64,000 nucleotides of DNA from Phaeosaccion multiseriatum (GCA_965112735.1 OZ218956.1:992001-1056000); one strand, 5' to 3'; numbered from the stretch's first letter, positions 24,256-38,400 are shown. Notes: generated by a model not told the origin, from the sequence alone. Numbers and translations are program-made.

Positions 24256-26177
24256 ATGAGTTGGGGGAATATAATGAGGAGAGAGAAGGGGCAGGCGGGT
24301 AGGATGAGGAAGATGTGTGCATGTATGAGCGGGTTGGCAGCGACGTCTCTCTTTGGAGGGGAGAGCGTCAGTGCCTTCGCGTTCAGTAGCAGCAGCAGTA
24401 TGTCAGGGAGTAGTTTAGGTAGTTGTCTAGGTAGTAGTAGCAGCAGCCAGCGAGGCTGGAGCGGCCATGCGAGGGGGGGTAGCAGCCTGCGGCTGTCGCC
24501 CACAGGAGCGGCCTTTCCGGCAGCTTTTTCGTCCGTGCAGTGTGGCAGGAGCAGCGGCAGTGGTGGGAACAGAAGCCTGCGAAGACGACAGAGGGTAGCA
24601 CCGTTAGCAGCGAGTCTGTGGCCATGGGAGACGGCAGCCGTGGATCAGCAGCCGCCCGCCAACAGCGATGTTGGCGTAGACTCGATAATTGCGGTGAAAG
24701 GGAAGGGGCAAGAGCGAGGAGTGGGAGAGGAGCGTGGTGAGGGGGAGGGTGTGACGTTTCCGCTGAAGAATGGGATAGGCGTGGCTGGTATCGCCGTGTC
24801 TCTGGCCTGTGGAGCTGCTGTGGTGGCATTTGGCATAAGGCATGACTGGGACTTTGCGACCTTTGGGGACCGGCTACTGGCTTTGCGGCAGCTCGATGCA
24901 GGGCTCTTCTTCCAGGTGCGTCGTCGCCTCGCGCTACAGCTCTCTTGCATTGCTTGGTTTCGGAAAATGGAGGCGACCGCGCCGTAGAAAACGGCGCACG
25001 CACACACGCACACACACACACACGGAGCACACACACACGCACACACGCACACAACTTTTGTGTTCGAGGGGGGTCAAGCCCTCTCTCTCTCTCTCTACCC
25101 CCCCTGTCGTTATTTTAAGGTGCTTGCATTGTCTGCTTTCTGACCGTAGTGCCTCCCCTCTCTTTCTGTGTTGTACTGCTCAGGAGAGTGTGGGCAAGAT
25201 TCAAAACATGGGGCCCAGGGGCTACTTGTACTTCTCGGCGCTGTACGTGTTTGCAGAGATCCTGGCCATTCCCGCCATTCCGCTCACTGCCAGCGCGGGA
25301 TATCTCTTTGGCATCGGCGGAGGTAAGTCGGATGAGCAGCTTGAGCAGCACCATAGAGCTGTGCCTGTGGACTGAGTCTGGCCTGTGTTCCTGTCCTCTC
25401 CTCTCTATTGTGCTGTCCTTTTCTGCATCCGAGCATGGGTGCTCTCTTCTCTGGATTGAGGACCTTACACAGCGCGTTGACTATTCGACCTGTGTGGTGA
25501 TGTAACTTCTGTACAGGGACTGCTGTGGTGCTCCTCTCGGCAGCCGTGGCGGCAAGTATATCATTCCTGCTGGGCAGGACTTTCTTGCGCTCGTGGGTGG
25601 AGGGCTTGCTGGCGGAGAACGAGAAGTTTCAGGCCATTGACAAGTGAGTGCGGGAGAGAGTCATCTCAGAGAGCAAGAGTAAAGGATGGGCCCTCTCTGT
25701 CAGCGAATACTTCATGATCCTTCGCTGCCCTTTTCGCTTACCCTGGGCTGGTCATTCGGTCATTTGTCTTTCTTTATGTTGACTACTCTCTGAACCGACT
25801 GCCCTCTTTGCACCACCGGCCGCTTACTCTTGCTCCTTATCCTCAGAGTGATTGGGAGGGAGGGCTTCAAGATTATCCTTCTGTTGCGTCTGTCGCCCGT
25901 CTTCCCCTTTGCGCTGTCCAACTACCTCTATGGGCTAACTGCCGTCAAGTTTTGGCCTTATTTCTGGGGCACGCTCCTGGGTTTCGCACCAGGCTCGCTC
26001 GCCTACGTGTATTCCGGCACAGTGGGGAAGGCTATCATTTCCGGCTCGTCGAGCCAGCTGCCTTGGTACGCGTACGCGGCTGGTGCGGCGGTATTGGCCT
26101 TCTTCCTCAAGACCATAGCGGATGTGGCGACGGCGGCGGTGGAGGAGATTGACCCCAGCCTGGGCAAGGAGGACTAG
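24256..26177 (+). CDS. VTT/SNARE-associated (TVP38/TMEM64/DedA) family membrane protein, plastid-targeted
   Basis: Exons 24256-24915, 25184-25322, 25517-25643 and 25847-26177 give LAIPAIPLTASAGYLFG, AAVAASISFLLGRTFLR, LLRLSPVFPFALSNYLYGLT..FWPYFWGTLLGFAPG. Leader has VSA-FAF plus a Ser-rich transit peptide. Confidence 0.9.
24995..25052. repeat. Imperfect (CA)n microsatellite in intron
   Basis: gcacgcacacacgcacacacacacac... read directly. Confidence 0.85.
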
Positions 26178-26718
26178 ATAGACGAGGAGCAGTGAGGGCA
26201 TGAATGAAGGCCTGGGCTCATGGACTCCCGGGGAGGAGCCAAATGGGATGGAAACGCGTTGGCCCCGGGGGACGTGGGAGGGCAGAGGGAGGGACGCGTG
26301 TCTCGGCCGGGCCCCGATGGGGCGGGCGGGACCAGGAAGGCATGGCACCGGTACAGGACATACACACTTCTCCTTCGTGGCAAGGAAATCAAGCCGAACG
26401 GAGGGACGGCTGCTGCATGGAGGCAGTATATTTGATTTGGAGTGCCGAGAGCGAGGCGGGGTGCCCCTCTCTCTAACCCTCACTTGGGGTTTACCACATT
26501 TGACGTTTTGGCCAACGGCGCGGGGTGCAACACCACTGAAGGAAGAAGGATTTGTATTGCATACTCTTGCGAGAATGGACGGAGGAGGACACCGAGGAGG
26601 AGAGGAGGAACACAAAAAATGTAAATAGCTCAGATTATTGACGTGTTGTCGCTCTCTATTCTCTCTTATCGTGCGGGGCTTCCATCCATCCGTCCGTCCT
26701 CGTCCCGCCCCGCCCGAC

Positions 26719-29700
26719 TCAGCTCCCGAGCACGACGCCGCTCAGCTCGATGGGCGGGTCGAAGCGCAGGACCTGGCACGCGTCTGTGCCAATCTTGGTG
26801 AGCATTTCGTTGCTGTAGGCCGGCACCACGCCCTCTGCCAGCGCCAGTGTGACGTGCGCCTGCTTATTGCTCGACTTGAGCCCCCCGCTCATGTGACTCA
26901 CCACAAGCGCAGCTGCCTTGCCGTCGCTGGCAATGGCAGAGACGCTTGCCACGGAGGTGGAGCCGATTGAGTCGTGCAGAGCCCTCAGTTCCGACTCAGA
27001 CAGCTCGCACACCGACCCCGCGCCCACCCACGCGAGAGTCACGTGACGAGGTTTCTTGGGGACAAACACGAGCTTCTCCCCCAGCTGCGTCGAGAGGTAC
27101 TCTGGGAGGACGGACGGGCCTGCCGCTGCTGTCTCTGCCGCTGCCTCTGCTGTCTCTGCTGCTGTCTCTACTGTGGATGCTGCTGCTCCCTCTGCTCCAA
27201 GCAAGGGCCTAAGCCGTTCCTCCAGCCTTGCGCACACCTGCACCTCATCCAGCTTGAGCTGATAGAAGGCGTGGAACTTTGTCACCACGGAGGGGCCGGC
27301 GTCGCACAGGCACTGCACGTTCTCCACAATCTCTTGTTCGATGATCTCCGAGCTGCTCAGAGGATACACCACGGAGCTCACGTCGAGCTTCTCAAGCTCA
27401 GCGCGCACCTGTCTCGCGTCAGGTCAGACAAAGGCAGAGAAAGAGAAATCAGGTTAGAAACACAGCAGCAAGTAGGACTGAGAGGGAGGGTAGAGCCCTT
27501 CCTCTCGATTAGGGGCGGAGAGAGAGAGAAGGCAATGGGGCTCCTCTTCTGTGTTCGTTCTAACCTGCTCCTCCCAAAGGTCCTCCAGCTTCAGTGCCTC
27601 GCTGCTCATCCCCTTCTCCAGCAACTGCTGCAGATTGTCCGGCAAGGGCACGTCAAACTGGTCCTCGGTGCAAATGGGGTAAAACAGGACCCTCTGCTGT
27701 CCACAGATAACCTTGAGATTGGCAAGGTACTGCGCCCTGTTGCGGAAGCGGCCCTTGAGGAGGATAGCGAAGTTCATCACCACCCTCAAGGCAATATTCA
27801 GAGTCGCGTCCACACCGCCTGAGCGACGAGGGGGAGGGGGGGGGGTGAGCCAAGCAAACACATCACAGCGTCAGGGGCAGGTTCCGGACCACCCATCCCT
27901 TTGTCAACTCTTCGAAATACACAAAGGAAGGTGGCCAGGGGCAGGGTCATCCGCGAGGGGAAGAGAGCTCGATTTTGTATGTACCCATGTACCTACCGGG
28001 GTGTGCTTTTCGCCCCAGGACCCGCTTCATGCACACGGCCACTTCCCAGAGCGTAAGTGGGGGGATGTCCTCAAGCCTGCTGCTCGCCGGCGTCGTACCT
28101 GTGATGATGGCGATGACGCGGCCGGGGTGGCCGGCACCAACCACCTTTGGGCGTGTGAAAGAAGGATGGCAGGAGAGGGAGGGAGGGGACGAAGAGTAAG
28201 GGGGGAGGCTGTTGCACTGGGCTCAGATACAGTCAGCTCACGAGGAAGCTCCGCCCCTCTGCCCCTCCCGACATTCTCCTAACGCTATGAGCACTCCAAT
28301 CCGTGCACGCACGCACCTGCGGGTACTGCGAACACGCCATGTTCTTGTCCCTCACGACGGCGAACTTGGCGTGCCCTTGTGCGGCGTCTGCGCTAGTGGT
28401 GGGGGTGAGGGCCTTGGCAAGGGCGGCGTCGAACTTGGATTTGGCGCTCTTGTCGCGCCCGTAATCGTCGGACGCCACCACCTGCATACCGCACGAGCTG
28501 GCCAGGACTGACGAGAGGCGGCTCTTACCTGAAGGACACAGCACAGCACAGGCCACGCGTCGAATCGTAAGACAATCTGCTGAGCGATTGCAGCGATAGG
28601 GTGCGGAGGAGAGACTTGTCGACCATTCGCAAGGGGCACCACAGAGGGCCCGCCTGTAGCCACCTCGACCCCCCGCTAGTCCGAGCCCTTAGAAGCTAGA
28701 TAGACATCTCATCTTATCTACTCTATTGGCAGTTCTATGCTCATGCTCACATACACGCAGACAAACGCGCACGCACACACGCGCACCTGAGCCGGGTATG
28801 CCGATGGGTATGATGAGCTCCGGCCGCACCATGTGCTCCTCCTCCCTCTTGAGCTCTTCGCTCAGCGCCTCTGGAGTGGTGACATTGGGGTTGACCACCT
28901 TGCAGTTGGAGCGAGCGGCCTCCTTGAGCCACTTCCTCAGACTACCTTTTCCCATGCTGAATAGGTCGGGTGCCCCCAAGACAAATGGCACACACAGACC
29001 AACGCCAGGCGAGGGACAGAAACACATCAGAAAGCGAGCGAGCACCGACTTGCCCGCCGTGGCTTAAAGGGGGAGGAGGGGTCGGGCTGTCATTCAAGAC
29101 ACGGGGGAGGGGTGGGGTGGCTTGCATGTCGCGATAGACAGAGTATCCCTTCCCTCGATAGACAGAGTATCCCTTGCCTCCTCCCCTCCCCCGCTCCTCT
29201 CCCCCTCCTCTGCCCTCCGCCCCTCACCTCTCTGGCTGAAGGGCGAGCACCGCTGCCTCGTCCACCACCACCACACACGTGTCCGTGAGCGCACCCGCCC
29301 CGGGCACCTGGAGGAGCTTGACGGCTTTGGTCAGCGCCTCCTGATTCGCGCCTGCTCCGTTCACCAGCACGGCCTTACCCTCGAAGATCTTTTGGAAATT
29401 GCCGGCAGATGCTTGCATCTTCTTCCTCTTCCTCTTGCTCCCCCCTGCCGCGTCTGCGTCCTCTCCTTCTGCTGCACCCAACTTGGACGCGTGTTCGCGA
29501 GTGAGCTCCACGCCCAAGCAGGAGGCAAACTTGGTGGCCCAGGCAGTGTCCTCGCTCAGATCGATGATAAACACGCAGCGACTAAGGTTTGAGAGAGAAA
29601 ACCCACTCCACATTGCCTGACCGTGCCGTGAATTGAAGAAGGACAGAGAGAGAGGGCGAGAGAGAGGTAGTCGAGGGGTTAGGCTACTCTCAGTGATGAC

Positions 29701-32210
29701 GCGCCTGATAGGGGGGGGGGGGGGACTGGGAAGGTCGATAGCGCACACTGGCTCGGCGACAACGACAACACCAACAGAGGGAGGCAACAGCGACAACCGC
29801 CGCCTCAAAGCGCGTTGGAGCTGGCTAACATGGACGTCGAAAGAAAGAGGCAGGCAGGGAGGCAGCTGGGCACGCAGGCACGGCATACACGCAGGCAGGT
29901 AAGGAGGCGTGCAGAAAGGTGAGTCTCTCCTCTGTCCATCCTCTGTCCCTCGGTCTCACCTCGTTGGCCATGAAGTCCATCCACAAGTCAAGGAAAGTCT
30001 CGCTCGGGCCGATGCGCTTGCCCTTCTCGGAGCGGTCTTGCAAGTAGCCCCACCACCCCTTGAGCCGATCGACATAAGGCATTCGCTGCATGGCTCCCAT
30101 CTTCCAGTCTGTAAAGCGAGCCACGGCGGACTGGAGAAACGGCACGTACCCTGCCTCACCCGCGTCCATGCCCGTGCCCCCCCCCGTCTTGGGCCAGCGG
30201 TCCACTAGCCTCCGAGCGCACATAGTAAGGTACATGTAGTAGCTGAGTTTGAATTTACGGATGCCCCCAGCCTTGTGGGCTGTCCAAAGATCTTTGATGA
30301 TGCTCTCGGCCGCGTCTTGTTTGGCGTTGTCGAACTTGGGGTAAAAGTTCAGAAACGTTTCCGCCTTCATCCCTGCATGGAGAAGGAATCACGATTCATA
30401 CATCCTCTTAACACACCTGCAGCAGCATGTCCCCCAAGCCCTGACTGAGCACCTGGAGCAGAAGAGAAGCACCAACACACTCACGAGGGCACAGACTCGG
30501 TCCCCTGCCTTGCCTCGTTCTCTGCCGAGAGACAGGCCCGGCGCCGCCGCCCAGACGACTCACCTTCCTGCCCAGCGTCCCACAGCCGAATGACAAAACC
30601 TCGGTACAGCACCCCGCACTCGGGATGCTTCTTGGCGTGTTCGTGGAAGCGGTACTGGTGCGCGTCGAAGAGGAGATGCACCCAAAGCAGCGACAAAGGA
30701 CTGCCTCCTCCTCCTGCTCCTCCCTCCTCGTCACCCCTGCCCCCTCCCGTGTACAGCACGTAGCTTCCCGATACTTTGAGCTGCTGCATAGTCTGCATGG
30801 TTCGAAGCACGAGCTGCGTCTGTGCGTCTTGACTGGGACGGGCAAAGAGTTCCCCGACAAGCTCGGAAACCCTGTTGCCCCCAGTGGTCTCGTCGTCCCT
30901 GCTTGTCTTCGAAAGCAGCACTGAACACTTCCCCTCTCTGGTCAGTTTGTGCGTAGGAAATCGGATAACTCCCGGCATCTTCGCAATAGCCGCGGTTGCA
31001 TCGGGTGTGGAAGCTGTCAGCATGCCCGTCTTGCTGTGGGCGGCGATGAGTCCGCGGAGGCCCTGCCCTCGCTGCTTCTCCGCCTCGTCCTCGAGCAAAA
31101 GGGGTAGAGGGGCGCAGCAGGCGAGCTCAAGCAGCTTGCGCACCTCCTCCGTAGACAGAATGACGCTGCGGATCACAAAGCCCTCCACCACATTGGACAC
31201 GAGGCTGTGAGGAAGCGAGTCCAAGCCACACGCTCTGAGATTGATTGTGACAGAAGGACGCAATTGGGCGAGAAAGGGGCAGACACCGAGAAGGGGAAGG
31301 GGGGGTGAGTGAGCAGAGGGACGCCCTCTCTCCATTCCAGCCTCCTCCCTCACCTTGAGGTCTGGGTAGCCTGCAGAAAGAAAGACTCTATTTGTTCTGC
31401 GTGCGGGCCAAAGTGGTGCCTCATGCCCTCGTACGTGTCAAACACGGCTTGCGCGGCCTCTTGGTCGAGCGCCAGCAGCGTCTGCGTGCAGGGCAGGCCG
31501 TGCCCTCTGCAAAACTCGTACACGGCAATCAAGTTCCACGGCTGACGAGGATTTACGCCAAGTGGGGCGAAAGGGAGGATCACAACAACAACAGGAGAGG
31601 GAGGAAATGAAAAAAGAACAAAAAGAAAATTGTTTGGTGCCTGGTGCATGAGGGTCAAAATTCAGCAGCGTCTTCCTGCGCAGCACAAGGAGGACATGAG
31701 CACGCATGAAGATAGCCGCCTACGGACCTGAGAGGGCTCTTGCTCACGCAGGGAGTGTATGGCTGTGCAGAGCAAGACGTCGATGCCCGTCCGCTCCGGG
31801 TACCCGTGGTCACCGTTCACCGCTGTGATACACTCAAAGCTCACGCAGATCTTCTGGTCCTGCATATCCGTAATGAGTCTCGTCATCCTCTCCCCAGTGC
31901 CCAGGTGCTGCTGCAGCAGGAGCTGCGCCGTAAGAGTGTACCCGTTGTCGGTCGAGTTCTTGGCCGCAAATACCAGCTTGCCCTCAAATGCGCGGAGCGT
32001 GATCAAGTGTCCAGACATTTTGAGCGTTGCTTGCACTGCAGGGATGCCCACCCCTCGCATAGGCCCGCCATTTGCCGTGGTCTCCTCTTCTCCTCCCTTA
32101 GTCTCGCTCGCTCCAGTCTCGGCCGTCGCCTCTACCTCTGCGGCATCGGCCTTAACTATGGCCTTCTCCAGAAACGACTTGGTGTCGTCGCTCAAGATGA
32201 CCTTGAACAT
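26719..32210 (-). CDS. TRL1: Trifunctional tRNA ligase (plant RNL/fungal Trl1 type): adenylyltransferase ligase + BRCT-like insert + polynucleotide kinase + 2H cyclic phosphodiesterase
   Basis: About 11 exons. Ligase motifs: TLKMSGHL (motif I Lys at ~32020), FAAKNS, SFECITAVNGDHG, EFCRGHGLP, VEGFVIR, KFKLSYY. Kinase: IPIGIPGSGKS P-loop, ASDD, RDKN, KRVLGRKAHPG. CPDase: two HVT motifs (KPRHVTLAW, QAHVTLAL..GVVPAYSNEML). Confidence 0.88.
29132..29179. repeat. 24-bp tandem duplication in a tRNA-ligase intron
   Basis: cgatagacagagtatcccttccct / cgatagacagagtatcccttgcct. Confidence 0.85.
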
Positions 32211-32487
32211 GGCTGTAGAGACTACAGCGCCTCTCCTAAGAGAGAGAGAGAGTTGAAATTAAAGAGAGAGCGGCGCAAGGTCCATTTGTCCGACGGCGGA
32301 GACCTCCAACAACCCAAGCGCATCCAGATGAAACTGCAAATTTTTTCCCTCCCTTCTCCCCTTAGTCCTCCCTTCTCCCGCCCCCTACTCAAAGGAGGAT
32401 GGGTTTTCTTTCCGAAGAGGCCCTGAAGGTGGAAAGAAAGGGCCCTTGTAGCGCATAAGCCTTGCGCCTCTCGTAAGTTGTAGAAGG

Positions 32488-35400
32488 ATGGCTTTGTCGC
32501 TTCCCGTTCGTCCTCGAGAGATGGGCAGTGAGCGACAGATCAACGGAGATCAGGCCAAAGAGGGTGCACTGGGTGGGATATCGGATGATGACGCTACTGC
32601 TGTGCGTCAGGTGGAAACTTCCCCGGGAATTGTGCTGGAGCAGGGGAGCGGTCCACACGCAACCTTGGGGAAAGCGAGGGCGAGAGGCGCTCACCCAGAG
32701 CGTTCCACCCGATATATGCTCATGTATTACCTTGCCTTTGATGAGTTTTCGGAGCGGGAGGGTGAAGCGGTGCTCTCCAAGGTAAGCTGTGACAGGGAGT
32801 CGCCTGTTTCTTGAAGCGGCCTCGTGCTCTACTGCTGCATCGACAGTTCTTAGTCCCAGCCATGAGCCTCTTTTCAATGTCGCCGCTACTAAGCTTTTCG
32901 CACGTGAATGTGCGATGGAACCAGGTGCTGGAAGGGCTGGTGGATCAAGTACGGGAGAATGACCCTCCTGGACAAGCCATCTGGAAGGCGCTGCAGCGCT
33001 ACTGCGAAGGTCGCTACCTTGTGCCGAGGTGGACGCACAGAAGCAGCGAGGCGGAGTTTCCCAACAGGTGACGTCTTGAAAGTGTGTACTGTGTAGTCTA
33101 CTGAAGTACAGCTGAGGCGAGAAAAGGCCGCTATGTGATAGTGATCAACAGCAGTCGTTGTCATCCCTGTCACGTAAGGTTGCTCTATGCAACAGTCCGC
33201 CACCACTCCCTCGTCACACCCACTTGCGCCCCCTCCTCTGTCTCTCTCTCTCTCCGTGCCTCTCTCCCCGTTTCTCTCTTTATCTCACTCGCCGCTCCCT
33301 TCTTCCCTCTGTGGCTGTGAGTACAGACTGGTCTGCGCCGTGTGTTGTGAGGTGCTTGACAAGCTCTTGTCCTTGCACTCCGAGGCCCTCGGCGTCTCTA
33401 AGGTGTTCCAAGTGCTGCGGCAGGGTCTGCTGCCGTGCGTATACAAAAACTACTCGCCAGGGGCGTGGTACTTAGACATGACCCCGCACTTTGAGCTGAG
33501 CGAGGGCGTGCACCTGTCCAGGGCACAAGGGAGCAACATGGAGCAGTGCACCAAGCACCTCTTCGCCAGCTTCATGACGGGTAGGCGCTACTCTTTATGC
33601 TGCTGCTTCCCTTGGGCCAGTTTACCTCATCTTTGCATACATCCATCCCCTCCTCCTCCTCCTCCTCCTCCTCCTCCTCCTCCTCCTCCTCCTCCTCCTC
33701 CTCCTCCTCCTCGTCTTGTGTCACCCATACACTGTACATGGACCAGAGCTCGACGGGGAGACGCTGCTCTCCACCCCAGAGGAGGTGGAGGAGCTGTGGA
33801 AAGCGCAGAGCAGCGCCATGGTGACCGGCGTGGCCCGAGACGTGTACCTGGAGTGCCTTCCCAAGGCCCTCCACCGCCTGCACGCCAAGGAGAGGTGGAC
33901 GCTGCTGGGCAACGCGGTGACCAGCGGCGACATCCCCGCCATCGGAGTGAGGGACGTGCTCACTTGTTTATGTGAAAAGGTGCAGGGCCCCACCAAGAAG
34001 TTTGTGCTCATTCAACTGGCGCGATCGCTGGACGCCGACGAGATGGTGCAGCTGGCCTCCATCCTCATCCACTACAGTGCGGCCAAGGGGAAGGGGGTCC
34101 TGGACGTAGTCTTGCATGCTGTGCGAGAAGCCTCCGAGAAGAGCGGCGTTTCTGGAGCAGATCCGGCTGCCGGTGGGGGGGAGGAGGAAGGCCAGGGCGT
34201 GGAGAGCAGAGGGTCTGAAGAGGTCGGAGGGGCCAAGGTACCACCGCAAAGCAGCGAAAGGACTAGCTCCTCGGCAGAGCGAATAGAGCCCGAGTCGGAG
34301 GAGACATGTCCCCCTGTCGGGCGCGTGGTCGCGACCTCGGCGACCGCGGCGGCCATACCGCCACCGGAAGCTACTGAAGCAGCTGTGGGTGTGTGTGTGT
34401 CTGAAACAGCAGCCGGCGTGCCGCACAAGGAAGCACCTTCCGCGCCAGTCGGGTCTCCGTCTCCCCTCACAAGCAGCGGCGGCAGTGGTGATGAGGTTGC
34501 CACTCCTGCGGGCAGCATCGCTCCTTTGGCTGTGCCGTCGCGGAGCCCGTCCGTGGCAGCTCTGGGCACCGAGCACCACAGCGATCTCGACCTCGTGGGC
34601 TTCTTGCTTGCCGACACTCCAAAGCTGCTGCCCGTGCTACTCGAGCAGAACGTCATGTATCTGCACGCGTGCCTTGAGGCGTGTGTGCCCGTGCTGTCGA
34701 GGGTCTTCGCGAGGCGTCCTGACTTGCTGGTGAAGCTGCAGCCGACCGCGATGCCCTCCTCCTCTCCTTCTTCTCCGTCTTCTGCCTCTCGGGGCGGCAC
34801 AAAAGATGGCGGCCTGAAGGAGGACGGGCTCCTTGTACGGGTGTCGGACATCACGAGCCTGCACCACCGCCGCTTCACAGTCAACGTGCACTCCACCATA
34901 CACCACGAGCACGGCGCAGAGGGCGGCCAGCCTCACCCGCCCACCCTGGGCAATCTGGAGAGAGCGGTCCAGGAGAAGATGGAGGAAGCTTGTGAGGACA
35001 CTGTGCACAAGGCGAGTCGAGTATGGAGAGGGCCAAAGAGCACTTGCACTTGCATGCCGTGACTCAAGCCTTGATTGGAGGCCTTTGTGAGCTTGGATGG
35101 ACAAGACACAAGCTCTCCCTGCGTGCGAGCTTCGACGTCCTTCAGATCGATTGCTTCTTACGGACTCCCGATGACCTCTTCCTCTTTTCCCCTTCGCCTG
35201 CGTGTGCTCCATGTCTTGTGTGCGCGTAGGTGTGGCTCTTCTTCTCCTTAAAGAGCCCCAACGGGCGCAGAGAGTGGGTCCTCAGCACAGACCCACTCAT
35301 CCGACTGGACAGCTTCCCGGAGGATGAGAGGCACTTTCATTGCCTCGTGGACTACACACACAAGGCGAGTCATGCGTGTGGCCCAAGCGCCGCATCCCTT

Positions 35401-38400
35401 CCACACTGTCACATGAAGGCCGATGTCTCCTTTCCCGGCCCCACCTCTACCGACCCGGCGCCCGTCCTTGTGTGTGTTCTCACCAAGAGAGTCTAACCCA
35501 CCTCTCCGCCTCTCCCCTCCCCCCCTCAGATCCAGCCGCAGTACACAGAGATCGGCAGTCTGGACTGGGTGCAGGAGGTGGATGACGAGTGGCGCGTCAG
35601 CCTGGCCCGTGAGCTTGTGCCCGACTCTATTCTGCAAGTCCTTCCGAGGAACATGTTCAGTCGGGCGGTGTTCCGTGAGCTCGAGAGGACGGAGATTCGG
35701 CAGATGCTCTGCAGCGCAATGCGCGTCACAGCCGCCCTTCCGAAGGTGAGGGGTCTCCCAGTGGACTTTGATGACTGCTCTCTCTGCTGCGGCGCCTTTT
35801 GGTTCAAACCCCTCACCCTCTGACTCTCGTGTGTGGGGCAATACCATGGATGGTATCTGCCTGCGCGCGGCACCAAGAGGCCGCGAGAGAGAGGCAATCC
35901 ACCCCTCACCCTCCTCCCCCCCCCGCGTACCCAGGAGCGTGCGGACATGAGCGCTGCGGCGCTGACCTCTGCTATGACAAGCTTGCCAGCCAAGGGCAGT
36001 GAGCAGAAGAGAGACCGCCAACAACACCGTGCCCGATCTTCTTCCCGCAGCGTGGCAGGCAGTAGCGGCAGTAGTCAACGGCACACCCATTTGGCGGGAG
36101 ACTTGGCCAAGCAGGCGGGCTGCGAGGTGTTTGCGCGTCTATATAGCCAGCTTGACGTTCTAGAAGGCCGCGCAGCCGCCCGGGGTGCAACCGAAGACTA
36201 CGCCTCCGGGGAGGAGGAGCTTGACCTTCTGCGCCAAGAGTTTGCAAGGAGGTACCCGGGGTCGAGCCACCTGTTTCTGCCCTCGGAGGGCTTGGTGGCG
36301 GACAAGGCTCATGCCCCCTCTGCTGTGTCTGTTGTGACCCCAGTAGCGGGGCCCAATGCTGCGCCGTCCGTGACTACGGCAGCGCGCTTTGCGTCGGCCA
36401 TCAAAGAGACTGTGGTGATGAACGCAGCAGCGGCCAAGGCGGTTCAGATTGCCAAACTCCCGCCTGGCCTAGGAGCCGTATGGTCCACTCTGCCCCTCCC
36501 ACAGCTGCATACAGATACAATCAACCAGCGTGGACGCGGCGCCGACTCAGGCTTCAACTTGGCCGCTAGCACGGCCCTCGAGAGGCTCAGAGAAGGAAAA
36601 GGCGAGGCGAGCCAAGAACGCGTGGGCCGTGGCCGTGGCCTTGGCCTTCGCGTTGGCTTTGGATGCGCTTTCTCAGAGGCAGAGGCCCACCGTCTGTGCG
36701 AGTGGATCATTCTCGAGCGCATCGCCCTGGAGGTGACGGCACAGGACGAGAGTCACTTGGGAGGGAGACGACAGGGGCTGGAGCCTGCGTGGGCCTCGGA
36801 AGAGCCCTTTTGCGTGTTTGCCCACGACCTTGTGACCTCACGCTTGGGCAGCCGTGAGCTGGGTGAACGCGTGCTGTTGCAGCTGTACAGCTCGCTGGCG
36901 GAGTATCGGCTCAAGACCCTCGCGGGCGTCTTCGGCTTGGTGTGGAGGAAGAGGCAGAAGACCCGGGAGGGCGGCAGCAAGGAGGATGCAGGAGGAGACG
37001 CCGTGAAGGGCGGCAGAGGAGACGAACGCACCTCGGCATCGGCTCCTCAGACGGAGTACTTCCAGAGGCTGCAGTTTCGCCTTGTGCTACACGTCATTCA
37101 CCAGACGCTGTGTAGCGAGGTGGGCACCTTTGAGTCCGCCGTAGACACCTCGGCGACCGCAGAGGCGTCGGCCTCCACTCGTGCAGCAGCAGCGGTCAGG
37201 GCAGCGGAGGCAGCGGCGTCGAAGGGGGGAGCAAAGGGAGGACGAGGGGGAGGGGGAGGGGGAGAAGGGGCGGACGACAAGGGTCGGCGGAGGGAAGCGA
37301 AGCGACGGGCGGGGATGGACGGAGCGGGAGACGCGTTGTTGACGCGACTCGTGAGCCTGGACCGCGCTCGGCACGTGATGGTTAAGGTGTTTGGCATCAA
37401 GTGCCTTCCCCCGAGGTCAGCGGCGTTTCGAAGGGTTTTTATCCACTTGGAGCAGCAGGCAAGGACGCACAGGATGTCGGAGCGACATCACCACCACCAC
37501 CACCACCACCACCGCCACCACCACCACCACCACCACCACCATCACCATCACCACCACCACCACGACAGCAGCGCCGCCTATGGACGGGGCCTGGGAAGGA
37601 GCTCGGCTGGGCTGGGGAGCCGCGAGCTGGTGGGGCGGCTCCCTCTGGATGCCCTCCTCGCCACGTGTGGCGAGGTACTCGAAGGGCTCTTTCGAAAGGC
37701 GCAGCACAGACTGGAGCAAGTCTACGATGCGGCCAAGAGGGAGATTCACAGCAATGTGTGGATACTCGACGAGTTCTGGGCGGTCCTTCAAGCAGGTAAG
37801 AAAGAGCGAAGGGCGATGTCCTCACGTCCTGCATGCTCCTCCTTGCTCTCTCTCGTTGCCTGGGAAGTGATCGGGAAGTGGCTGTATTGATGCACTCGGG
37901 GGGGGCTTAGCGACGCAAATTCGAGTAGGGCTGTATCCCTCTAGGTTAGGCGGTTTGAGGAGCCTCTGGCCTGAATCACTCAGCCTGCTTGGTGGCAGCA
38001 CAGAGTTGTCTGACCTCTACTCTTCTTGTCCCGTCCTCGTTCCTGCCGCCCATACTCGTTACAAAGTGGAGCCTGGCGTGAGCCTGGTAGAGGCCACGCA
38101 GCTGCTGAGGAAGATGAGAAAATACGACAGTTCTTACATCGTGCTGCGAACAGCCGACGATCCCCACCACCACCACCACCACCATGGCCATGCCCATGAG
38201 GAGCGGGAGGGGGGCCCAGGCCCAAGCGCGGACGAACAAGTGGGCGAACGGGCCGAGGGAGCGGGGAGCGGAGGCGAGAGTTCGGGGGTCGGCGTGAGTG
38301 TGTCCAAGAGGGCGTTCGTCGACGTGCTGCTGGAGACCGGCATGCTGCTCCCTGCCCTGATAGAGAGAAGGCTACAGCCTCTCGGAGGGGTGGTGGCCAC

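Noticed and set aside
26200-26628. 142-aa ORF after the VTT gene
   Set aside because: Low-information GC-rich ORF in the convergent 3' UTR zone; no homology cue.
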